The position numbers were made by a program, and so were the translations under genes. A stretch of 64,000 bases of DNA from Mobula hypostoma (taxonomy: Eukaryota). The notes under the pieces are model-generated. The model did not search any database. It had not been told where the DNA came from and saw only the letters and a program-made list of their open reading frames with translations. This document shows positions 49,509 to 60,779 of the stretch, one piece after another; the first letter of the stretch is position 1, and every line of letters starts with the position of its first letter. The stretch covers positions 112,966,001 to 113,030,000 of the forward strand of contig NC_086097.1 in NCBI RefSeq assembly GCF_963921235.1, written 5' to 3'.

Positions 49509-49544
49509 AGTCCTGACGAAGGGTCTCAGCCCGAAACGTCGACT
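49509..49544 (+). ncRNA. Minimal type-I hammerhead ribozyme with fully intact core
   Basis: agtc-CTGACGA-agggtctcagccc-GAAA-cGTC-gact; GUC triplet, palindromic ACGT in place of stem III. Confidence 0.85.
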
Positions 49545-49605
49545 GTACCTTTTCCTAGAGATGCTGCTTGGCCTGCTGCGATCACCAGCAACTTTGATGT
49601 GTGTT
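49512..49605 (+). mobile_element. 94-bp hammerhead-bearing insertion with 9-bp TSD
   Basis: acataaagt at 49503-49511 and 49606-49614. Confidence 0.85.
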
Positions 49606-49614
49606 ACATAAAGT

Positions 49615-50372
49615 TTGGGTTGAGGTGTACTCCGATCTTGGCAACTTACCTGCAAATGTTCCATCACCACACAAGGAGACATCATCAGTACACTTTTGAT
49701 TGTGGTGTGTCCTCTGAATGCTTGACTTTTATATACTTCTCAATCAGCTGATCTGTCATCATTTTGGAAACTCAGTTGTGGTGTGGGAAGGAAATTTAGT
49801 CGCTGAACAGTTGTGTGACGAACTTCATGTGATGCGGTCTAGAATTTTGCCCACACCTGCTCATAAGTAGGATTGAGGGCTGCATAAACATCAACTGGCT
49901 GTAAAGCAGCATGACCAACTCTCCCTCCCTGGTCTCTACCCATGAAGATCGAGAGCAGCACAAATTCTACTGGGTATCAGTGAAAGTCATTGCACAAGCG
50001 AACACGCGGCATGCAAGAGAATTCATAGAAGCATGGTCCTCCGTGAGCAATTCTGTAAGCAAACATGAAGAACTCGATCTTATTTATGAGCCGATGCGGG
50101 CAAAATTCCAGACCACAACACGCAAAGTTCACCACACAGCCAATCAGCAACGAGATTTCTTCCCCACTTTACAATTGAGTTTCCAAAATGATGAAAAATC
50201 AACTGATTGAGAAGTATATAAGGACCAAGCATTCCGAGGACATACCACAATCAGCAGAGCACTGATGATATCTCCACATATGGTGACGAAACATTTGCAA
50301 GTAAATTGCCAAGATCGGAGTATAACTCAACCCAACCATCGACCACCCGAGTTACCCATTTTCTGAATTATT
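49615..50372 (+). mobile_element. Penelope-like element (second family): GIY-YIG C-terminus between inverted pseudo-LTRs
   Basis: SLVSTHEDREQHKFYWVSVKVIAQ...REFIEAW.S..S..KH.ELD.IY.P; 49615-49877 is the reverse complement of 50073-50335; each arm has a CTGATGA..GAAA-type motif. Confidence 0.85.
50259..50298 (+). ncRNA. Hammerhead ribozyme motif (second PLE family), degenerate
   Basis: gca-CTGATGA-tatctccacatatggtgac-GAAA-catt-tgc; mirror copy on the minus strand near 49650-49695. Confidence 0.6.
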
Positions 50373-50953
50373 TTCAAGCCACCTAAAAGTTGTGAACAAA
50401 AGACACAGAAGTCTACTTCGAAATATACTGAATTTATTCAGGCACATGCTGGAGAGTTAAGGCCCGTCCTCATCAGCATGCTTTCTCATGCATTCCAGAC
50501 ATGCGTGACACCTGCCAGCCAGTATTGTCTATTTGAAAATGCTAGACAGGACACCACCAGTGTCCCTGGGTCCATATCCAAATTCTCATTCATTTTTTCC
50601 CCCGTGACAGTGTTGACCTCCCTGTGAACTTAACATAATCAAACCAAAAAAAAGACTTTAAGTTACAGATATTTTTCTACCTAAACACAAAAGAGCTCAC
50701 AACTACCAATGAGATGAAGGAATAGTTTGAGGTTTCCTGGTGGTTGTTGAGAAGAGGAGATCTCACTGGAGTTCTTCAAATAATATGTGGAATTTAAAAT
50801 ATTCACTAAAGCATTTGCTTATTTCAAAAGACAGCATGTTCATTGTTGAAGTCCCTCAATGCCACATTAAAAGTATGGGCTATATTCACAGAAGGGTAAT
50901 GACCTTCTGACGAATTCAAAGACTCAAAGATTTGAAGTTTATTATCGAAGTAT

Positions 50954-51282
50954 TGTGTCAAGCATTTGGTCCTTGATGACAAACGAGGAAAGCTCGTTTA
51001 TCTCCACTGCCGTTTTTATTGTGACAAGCACGATGGCAGACTGAGCACAGAAGAGAACTACCCAGCTACATACAGACAGGGGAGGTGATTATTACACACA
51101 CCACTTACAGTCACAGTGACCTACAGACACACAAGCAAATGACTGTATAACCCAAGCTAAAGTGTAACAATAAATGAAATTGGACATCCCACCATAATCC
51201 CACGAAAGCATTTTAATACAAGAACAATAAACAGTACTGGAATGCTGGGATGTCCTGTCGACCACACTCCTGGAGTGCCACA
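50954..51282 (-). repeat. 3' LTR of the Gypsy element
   Basis: TG...CA ends, aataaa on the minus strand, preceded by PPT-like aggtgggagcag (51283-51295); homologous to 63472-63782. Confidence 0.85.
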
Positions 51283-53948
51283 CTGCTCCCACCTGAGCGG
51301 TCAGCTGTCCCCAGCGACCCCAGACTCCAACACAAAGTCCAAAAGTCCCGGTGGTGGTCAAAGCCACTGCTTGGGGTGCTATAGAGTGTCTGGAGCCCTC
51401 CAGGGGAGAGACCTTTTGATAAAGCAAGAGGTAGGGCACCTGGAGTGTCACTTCCTTTCTTCAGCCTCGCTCGGTCAGTGGCAGCTGAGGGCTGGTGGTC
51501 AGTGGTGTCAGCCAGTCCCGGTGCAGTACGACCGCCTTCCACTGCTCAGGCAATCTCACCCAATACACTACATCGGTATTTTCCCCGCCCCTTCAAGCTT
51601 CTAATCTTTGGGGATAGTCTCTTCTTCCAAGAGGGGTAGTACACCCATTCTCAATCCCTGGCTGTAAAGTCCTGTCCCCAGCTGTGGGCATTATAAATCC
51701 GATTTTGGCGGCCGCTGGCTACGCGTTGGTGCAGGCGCCTCCTGAGGTGCTGCAAATACTCCAACCAGGTCTCCCCAGGAAACTCTGACTCGGGTGGGGG
51801 GGGATGGGCAAACACCAGATCCAATGGCATGCGCAGCTCCCACCCGGACACGAGCACAGTCAGCATACACCTGGTGGTCCAGTGCTCTCCTGAACTGCTG
51901 TCTGGTTTCCCACAATACTAGGGGTAGGTGATGATCCCTACCATGCTGGTGCCTGTTAACAAGGGTGGCCGGCTGCGTAGCCAGGGTACTAGAGCACTCC
52001 ACCAGCCCATCAATTTGCAGGTGAAGCGGGGTGGTCCAAGTTTTGGTGATTCCCAGCCACCTGCAGGCCTCACCATACACCAGCACCTCAAAGTTGCGCC
52101 CCTGGTTTCTGTGATGCTCCTCAGGGGCACTCAAAACAGCGGAAGTATTCCTCCACAAGTCTCTCAGCAGTGGTGGTGGTGCTATGGTCCGGGACTGCAT
52201 AATCCATGGATACGAAAACGTAGTGGATCCTGGCTTCAGTGCTGGGGAAGGGACCCAGGATGTCCAATCCTACACACTCCACTGGGGCCCCCACCTGGGA
52301 CAGCTGCATTGGTGCCCTAAACTGACCGCTTGTCCCTTTCTGGGATATGCAAGCATTGCCGTAGTGTATCGACAGCTTCATATCCTGCCTGCAACCAGGC
52401 CAATAGAAGCATTCTCGCAGCTTGACCAATGTTTTTGTAACCCCAAAATGGCTGCCCATGCACCAACCACAGCTCCGCAGCACGGAGCCCCAGGAGGCCC
52501 ACCCACTGCGGGAGATGTCTGTCGCCACTGGAAATCTGCCACCGCTGGAGCAGCAACCTGTCACGCACCTGCAGTGTACCCCACTGAAAGTACGGGGCTT
52601 TAGTCTCTGGATCCAGCAGAGATCGCCCCTCACCCTGGCCTCCGTACCATGGTCAGCCATCCCCTCACCCGGGCCAGCACAGGATCACTCACCTGCTCAC
52701 TGTGCAGCTGCTGGTGGTCTATGGGGGGGGGTGGTCTCTGCCGGATGCCTCCTGAAGTGCCGCCACTGCCGCTTGCTCTTGGCTCCACTCCTCGAGGCAG
52801 CGACAGTAGTGACATTCGGTGACCTCTTAGAGACGGCATGGGAGGGCGTCAGCGTTGCCGAGGTGCCTTCCGACGCAGTGCTCAATTTCAAAATCGTAGC
52901 CCTGGAGAGCCTCCAACCACCGCGCCAGCTGCCCCCCAGGACCGCAGAAGCGCAACAGCCAGGTCAGCGATGCATGACCCGTGCGAAGCAGGAACCATCG
53001 GCTGAAGAAATAGGTGCTAAATGGTAGAGGGCCTGGACGATGGCCAAGAGCTCCTGGCAGGTGACAAAATAGGTCCATTCAGGGTAGGTCAGGGTGCAGC
53101 TGAAGCACACCACGACGCACTCTCCCTGGTCCCTCTCCTGTGATGGCATGGCGCTGAGACCCTCGTTACTGGCATCTGTGTGAATAATGAAGGGGTGTGC
53201 TGGATTGGAGTACCCTAGCACTGGGGCCTGGGTGAGCACAGCTCGAAGCTGGCAGTGCAGGTGTCAGTCCAGGTGAAGGGCCTTCCCTCGGTGAGCTGGG
53301 GCAGGGAATTGGCGATGGTGGCAAAGTCCTTAATAAACCAGTGGTAGTATGATGCCAGCTCCAGGGAGTTGTGAACCTCAGAGGCATTGTAGGAGTGGGC
53401 CATTCCTTGACAGCTGCCACCTTCTCAGGGTCCGTTGCCACTCCTGCGCTCACAACGTGTCCCAGGAACTTCATCTGGCGGTGCAGCAGGCAGCATTTTG
53501 CAGGGTTGTGGTGCAGGTTCACCTGGCAGATGGCAGCGGAGACCTCTTCCAGGTTCCACAGAGCATCATCAAAAACGGCTGCATGCACCGGGAGGTCGTT
53601 CAAATAGATGACACAGCAAATCCCCAGAATGTGAGCCAGCACCCTCTCTATCAGTCTCTCCAATGTGGCTGGGAGATTATGCAGACCAAACAGCATCACC
53701 CAGGAGTGCCACAGCCCTTGACCAGTGGTGAAGGCAGTCTTGGGACAGGACTCTGGGGCCAGTTCGACTTGCCAGTTGCCACTGTGGAGACTGAGAGAGC
53801 TGAACCAGGTCAAACCTGTAATGTAGTCCAGGGCATCATCAATTCGGGGCAGCGGGTAGGAGTCCTTCTGGGTCATGGCATTGAGATGGTAGTAATCTAC
53901 GCAGAACTGCCACGACCTGTCTTTCTTCACCACCAACATCGCTGGAGC

Positions 53949-54935
53949 TGTCATGGTCCGGATTGGGGTCCCTTTAAATTTACCTTGTTTATGTTACGAT
54001 CCGGACCATTGATTCCCTGTTTTTCCGTGTCCCTCGGCTTTGGTGATTAGAGGCAATTAACGCTTGGCTGAACCAGTAGTTTATAGTCTCCGGCTTTCAG
54101 CTGTTCGGCGCGGGAGCTTCTGCAAAGTCATCAAAGGTACGGTGTGCCGACGTCATCTGGCCGGAGCAAGCCTAGTCTCTGTCGAAGCGAGTGCCAGTAA
54201 TTCACCCTTCCTCACCCAGTCCAGTTACCTCGCCGAAACGAGCCTGCAGAGTTTCCTCATCAAGGTGAGTCTGTCAGTTAACCCGCCGGAGAGAATCAGG
54301 AGCCGCTGTCTACTGTTCCCGGGCCGAGTCGAGAGCTCACCACTACCCGGAGGTTCCAAGTACCACGTCCTGGCTCCGGCAACATCCAAGTACCACGTCC
54401 AAGTCCTGGCTCCGGCGGCATCCAAGTACCTAGTCAAGTCCTGGCCCTGGTGGTCTGTGATTTCTGTCCTACCCCCCTGTCTGAATCCCTTCTCTGCCCC
54501 TCTCACCTCTAGCCCTCGTCTGTAGCCCTCGCCTGTACCTCGGTCTAGTTCTATCGCTGGAGCTAGATAGGAACTGTGTTGTTCTTTGGTGTTTGTCTTG
54601 TCTTGTCCTTGCCTCCGTGGGGTAAGTCAGGCCGTCTTGCCGTTGCCCGCGGGGGGGGTCATGAGTCCCGGCCCTATGTCCTGTACCCAAGGAGGGGTCC
54701 CGACTCTGTGTTCTGTGTATGTGTCCATGGTTCCATGTACCTTCTCTCCCAAGACCGAGGCTCCTCTCTCCCCTGCCCATGTCATGTCCATGCCTGGTTC
54801 TGGGGTCCGAGCCCGAGCAAGACCCAGGTACTGGGTCCTTGCCCAGTCTCTGGCTCAGAGTCCATACCGTAACCTCACAAGATGTGTCTTGCATTTGGGT
54901 CCACCCTTGCTCCCAATGCCCCCGCCACTGTGACA
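53949..54935 (+). mobile_element. 987-bp solo LTR inserted in Gypsy RT
   Basis: TGTCA...TGACA termini, exact 5-bp TSD GGAGC (53944-53948 / 54936-54940). Removing it restores WAAPAMLVVKKD. Strand inferred from TATA-like tttatag. Confidence 0.9.
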
Positions 54936-55149
54936 GGAGCTGCCCATGGGCAGTTGGAGGTCTCGATGATGCCAGCCACTGCCATCTCTTTGATCAGCTG
55001 CTCTGCTGCCTGGTGTTTGGCGAGGGCTAGGGGATGGTTGTCATCTCTGGTGTTGATGGGGTGATGGACCAGGCTGTGCGCCTGCAGTCCTCGTCCCTGG
55101 CTGCAGAGATATGGTGATAGTCCAGGACGTCCTTCAGCTGCCACCGCTG

Positions 55150-58100
55150 GTCCAAATCCAATCCCTTGCTGTTCCAAACCCTCGCTGATCCCGTCCTGAT
55201 CCAGACCCTCGCTGATCCCGTCCTGATCCAGACCCTCGCTGTTCCAAACCCTCGCTGATCCTGTCCTGATCCAGACCCTCACTGTTCCAAACTCTCACTG
55301 ATCCTGTCCTGATCCAGACCCTCGCTGATCCCGTCCTGATCCAGACCCTCACTGATCCTGTCCTGATCTAGACCCTCACTGTTCCAAACTCTCACTGATC
55401 CTGTCCTGATCCAGACCCTCGCTGTTTCAAACCCTCGCTGATCCTGTCCTGATCCAGACCCTCGCTGTTCCAAACCCTTGCTGATCCCGTCCTGATCCAG
55501 ACCCTCGCTGTTCCAAACCCTCGCTGATCCTGTCCTGATCCAGACCCTCGCCGATCCCGTCCTGATCCAGACCCTCGCTGATCCTGTCCTGATCTAGACC
55601 CTCGCTGTTCCAGACCCTCGCTGATCCCGTCCTGATCCAGACCCTCGCTGATCCCGTCCTGATCCAGACACTTGCTGATCCTGTCCTGATCTAGACCCTC
55701 ATTGTTCCAAACTCTCACTGATCCCGTCCTGATCCAGACCCTCGCTGATCCCGTGCTGATCCAGACCCTCGCTGTTCCAGACCCTCGCTGATCCCGTCCT
55801 GATCCAGACCCTCGCTGATCCCGTCCTGATCCAGACCCTTGCTGATCCTGTCCTGATCTAGACCCTCATTGTTCCAAACTCTCACTGATCCCGTCCTGAT
55901 CCAGACCCTCGCTGATCCCGTGCTGATCCAGACCCTCGCTGTTCCAAACCCTCGCTGATCCCGTCCTGATCCAGACCCTCGCTGTTCCAAACCCTCACTG
56001 ATCCTGTCCTGATCCAGACCCTCGCCGATCCCGTCCTGATCCAGACCCTCGCTGTTCCAGACCCTCACTGATCCCGTCCTGATCCAGACCCTCGCTGTTC
56101 CAAATCCTCGCTGATCCCGTCCTGATCCAGACCCTCGCTGTTCCAAACCCTCGCTGATCCTGTCCTGATCCAGACCCTCGCTGATCCCGTCCTGATCCAG
56201 ACCCTCGCTGATCCTGTCCTGATCTAGACCCTCATTGTTCAAAACTCTCACTGATCCCGTCCTGATCCAGACCCTCGCTGTTCCAAACCCTCGCTGATCC
56301 TGTCCTGATCCAGACCCTCGCTGATCCGGTCCTGATCCAGACCCTCGCTGTTCCAAACCCTCGCTGATCCCGTCCTGATCCAGACCCTCGCTGTTCCAAA
56401 CCCTCACTGATCCTGTCCTGATCCAGACCCTCGCCGATCCTGTCCTGATCCAGACCCTCGCCGATCCTGTCCTGATCCAGACCCTCGCTGATCCTGTCCT
56501 GATCTAGACCCTCGCTGTTCCAGACCCTCGCTGATCCTGTCCTGATCTAGACCCTCGCTGTTCCAAACCCTCGCTGATCCCGTCCTGATCCAGACCCTCG
56601 CTTATCCCGTCCTGATCCAGACCCTCACTGTTCTAAACCCTCGCTGATCCCGTCCTGATCCAGACCCTCGCTGATCCTGTCCTGATCCAGACCATCACTG
56701 TTCCAAACCCTCGCTGATCCTGTCCTGATCCAGACCATCGCTGTTCCAAACCCTCGCTGATCCCGGTCCTGATCCAGACTCTTGCTGTTCCAAACCCTCG
56801 CTGATCCCGTCCTGATCCAGACCCTTGCTGTTCCAAACCCTCGCTGATCCTGTCCTGATCCAGACCCTCGCTGTTCCAAACCCTCGCTGATCCTGTCCTC
56901 ATCCAGACCCTCGCTGATCCCGTCCTGATCCAGACCCTCGCTGATCCTGTCCTGATCTAGACCCTCACTGTTCCAAACTCTCACTGATCCCGTCCTGATC
57001 CAGACCCTCGCTGTTTCAAACCCTCGCTGATCCTGTCCTGATCCAGACCCTCGCTGTTCCAAACCCTTGCTGATCCCGACCTGATCCAGACCCTCGCTGT
57101 TCCAAACCCTCACTGATCCTGTCCTGATCTAGACCCTCGCTGTTCCAGACCCTCGCTGATCCTGTCCTGATCTAGACCCTCACTGTTCCAAACTCTCACT
57201 GATCCTGTCCTGATCCAGACCCTCGCTGATCCCGTCCTGATCCAGACCCTCGCTGATCCCGTCCTGATCCAGACCCTCGCTGATCCTGTCCTGATCTAGA
57301 CCCTCACTGTTCCAAACTCTCACTGATCCTGTCCTGATCCAGACCCTCGCTGTTTCAAACCCTCGCTGATCCTGTCCTGATCCAGACCCTCGCTGTTCCA
57401 GACCCTTGCTGATCCCGTCCTGATCCAGACCCTCGCTGTTCCAAACCCTCGCTGATCCTGTCCTGATCCAGACCCTCGCCGATCCCGTCCTGATCCAGAC
57501 CCTCGCTGATCCTGTCCTGATCTAGACCCTCGCTGTTCCAGACCCTCGCTGATCCCGTCCTGATCCAGACCCTCGCTGATCCCGTCCTGATCCAGACACT
57601 TGCTGATCCTGTCCTGATCTAGACCCTCATTGTTCCAAACTCTCACTGATCCCGTCCTGATCCAGACCCTCGCTGATCCCGTGCTGATCCAGACCCTCGC
57701 TGTTCCAGACCCTCGCTGATCCCGTCCTGACCCAGACCCTCGCTGATCCCGTGCTGATCCAGACCCTCGCTGTTCCAAACCCTCGCTGATCCCGTCCTGA
57801 TCCAGACCCTCGCTGTTCCAAACCCTCACTGATCCTGTCCTGATCCAGACCCTCGCCGATCCCGTCCTGATCCAGACCCTCGCTGTTCCAGACCCTCACT
57901 GATCCCGTCCTGATCCAGACCCTCACTGTTCCAAACCCTCGCTGATCCCGTCCTGATCCAGACCCTCGCTGTTCCAAACCCTCGCTGATCCTGTCCTGAT
58001 CCAGACCCTCGCTGATCCCGTCCTGATCCAGACCCTCGCTGATCCTGTCCTGATCTAGACCCTCATTGTTCCAAACTCTCACTGATCCCGTCCTGATCCA

Positions 58101-59537
58101 GACCCTCGCTGTTCCAAACCCTCGCTGATCCTGTCCTGATCCAGACCCTCGCTGATCCCGTCCTGATCCAGACCCTCGCTGTTCCAAACCCTCGCTGATC
58201 CCGTCCTGATCCAGACCCTCGCTGTTCCAAACCCTCACTGATCCTGTCCTGATCCAGACCCTCGCCGATCCTGTCCTGATCCAGACCCTCGCCGATCCTG
58301 TCCTGATCCAGACCCTCGCTGATCCTGTCCTGATCTAGACCCTCGCTGTTCCAGACCCTCGCTGATCCTGTCCTGATCTAGACCCTCGCTGTTCCAAACC
58401 CTCGCTGATCCCGTCCTGATCCAGACCCTCGCTTATCCCGTCCTGATCCAGACCCTCACTGTTCTAAACCCTCGCTGATCCCGTCCTGATCCAGACCCTC
58501 GCTGATCCCGGTCCTGATCCAGACCCTTGCTGTTCCAAACCCTCGCTGATCCCGTCCTGATCCAGACCCTTGCTGTTCCAAACCCTCGCTGATCCTGTCC
58601 TGATCCAGACCCTCGCTGTTCCAAACCCTCGCTGATCCTGTCCTGATCCAGACCCTCACTGATCCCGTCCTGATCCAGACCCTCGCTGATCCTGTCCTGA
58701 TCTAGACCCTCACTGTTCCAAACTCTCACTGATCCCGTCCTGATCCAGACCCTCGCTGTTTCAAACCCTCGCTGATCCTGTCCTGATCCAGACCCTCGCT
58801 GTTCCAAACCCTTGCTGATCCCGACCTGATCCAGACCCTCGCTGTTCCAAACCCTCACTGATCCTGTCCTGATCCAGATCCTCGCCGATCCCATCCTGAT
58901 CCAGACCCTCGCTGATCCTGTCCTGATCTAGACCCTCGCTGTTCCAGACCCTCGCTGATCCCGTCCTGATCCAGACCCTCGCTGTTCCAAACCCTCGCTG
59001 ATCCCGTCCTGATCCAGACCCTCGCTGTTCCAAACCCTCGCTGATCCTGTCCTGATCCAGACCCTCGCTGATCTCGTCCTGATCCACACCCTCGCTGTTC
59101 CAAACCCTCGCTGATCCCGTCCTGATCCAGACCCTCGCTGTTCCAAACCCTCACTGATCCTGTCCTGATCCAGACCCTCGCCGATCCTGTCCTGATCCAG
59201 ACTCTCGCTGATCCTGTCCTGATCTAGACCCACGCTGATCCTGTCCTGATCCAGACCCTCGCTGTTCCAAACCCTCGCTGATCCCGTCCTGATCCAGACC
59301 CTCGCTGTTCTAAACCCTCGCTGATCCTGTCCTGATCCAGACCCTCGCTGATCCTGTCCTGATCCAGACCCTCGCTGTTCCAAATCCTTGCTGATCCCGT
59401 CCTGATCCAGACCCTCGCTGTTCCAAACCCTCGCTGATCCCGTCCTGGTCCAGACCCTCGCTGTTCCAAACCCTCGCTGATCCTGTCCTGATCTAGACCC
59501 TTGCCGATCCTGTCCTGATCCAGATCCTCACTGTTCC
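55150..59537. repeat. ~4.4-kb GC-rich modular minisatellite (27- and 43-bp units)
   Basis: Modules A=gatccYgtcct (11), B=gatccagaccctcgct (16), C=gttccaaaccctcgct (16), arranged as AB and ABC. Confidence 0.97.
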
Positions 59538-60779
59538 GCTGCCCCAATCTCGCACCGCCTGGATGGTCTCACTGGAGAATGCCACAGTAGTGCTGCTGAT
59601 GTCATCGCGCTGTGCCAGTGCAGTTGCTGATGCCAGGGGCACGATGAGCTGCATTGTGAGACTGATGGTGGTGGCTGCTGCTCCCACTGGGACCGCTTCC
59701 TGGAGCTGCCCTGCCCGAGAGCCACGGCTTTAGCACCAAGGTAGAGTGTTGACCCCAACACATCCACATGGGACTCCAGCGGGACAGCAGGTCCAGGCCG
59801 ATGATGCAGGACTCCCCAATGTTGGCTAGCCACACCTCGTGCTGCGCTCTGCTTTTCCCCACTGCAATGCACAGCCTCCTCTTCCCTTGTGTCGCTGCAC
59901 AGTCGCCGGTGTCCATAGCCAGCTGGACCACCATTGTTGTCCACCCAGGCGGGGGTGGGTGGTCCGTATTGGAGAGAACACTGGGTCGGATGGTAGCAAT
60001 GGTTGACCCGTGTCCACCAACGCACTGCATCTGATGCCCACGCAGTCTACGTGTAAGCCTTGCTCTTCACCCAAACGGCCTACCTGAAGGGGCAGCAATG
60101 GAGGGATTGTGCTGGAGGTCTTGGGTGGTGCTTCCCTCATGATGCCACCCGCTGTGCTGTGGCATGGCACTGGAGCGGGGCACTCCCACATTGGTAGCAG
60201 AGATCATTCCATGGCACACGGTGGAGCCGGTGCGACCCTGGCTGGATCTGTCTCACGGGCTCCTCTTTGTCCGTTTTCTCCTCCGCTTCAGTGTCACAAG
60301 CCTGCGGGGGACTAAAATTGCTTCTGCCTGTCTGCCTCTGCCAACACCTCAGCCAGCGATGGTGGTGATTTCAGCCGAATGCGCTGCCGAGGGTGCTCCA
60401 ACATCAGCAACTTTACAAAGGCGTGGAGCACAAGCTCCTCCTGGGCCACGGGAGGGATCTTGGGGTAGCCACGCCGAGCACAGTGGCAGAGAACTACCAC
60501 GGGCATCCCCAGGCTTTCTCCCATACAGCACTGCCTGCTGCCTAGCTCTTCCCTCACAGCTTTCTCCAACGGCCTCAGGTCGAAACTCCACTCCAGCGCC
60601 AATACAAGGGCCACGTGGTCATGCTGCTCAGCCGAAGTTTCATCAAGGAGGGCCCACAGGGCATCTCCCTCCAGCGCCAGGGCAGGGTTCACCCCCATCT
60701 CGGTGGGGCTCCACCCACTGTGCCATGCAGCAAGTTTGGGTTGCGCCAGGTAAGGCTCCAGGTGGCTGGTACTGTCATA

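Noticed and set aside
55150..59537. CRISPR-like appearance of short interspersed repeats
   Set aside because: No unique spacers; all modules are variants of the same 11- and 16-bp units; vertebrate context and no cas genes.
55134..59547. Many repetitive ORFs (SEGLDQDRI, GSGSGRDQR) as a low-complexity protein gene
   Set aside because: They are translations of the satellite; the 43-bp unit shifts frame and stops are scattered.
51300..60770. Gypsy element as active or as a domesticated gene
   Set aside because: Multiple frameshifts and stops, YLDD changed to YLND, deleted zinc knuckle and three insertions.
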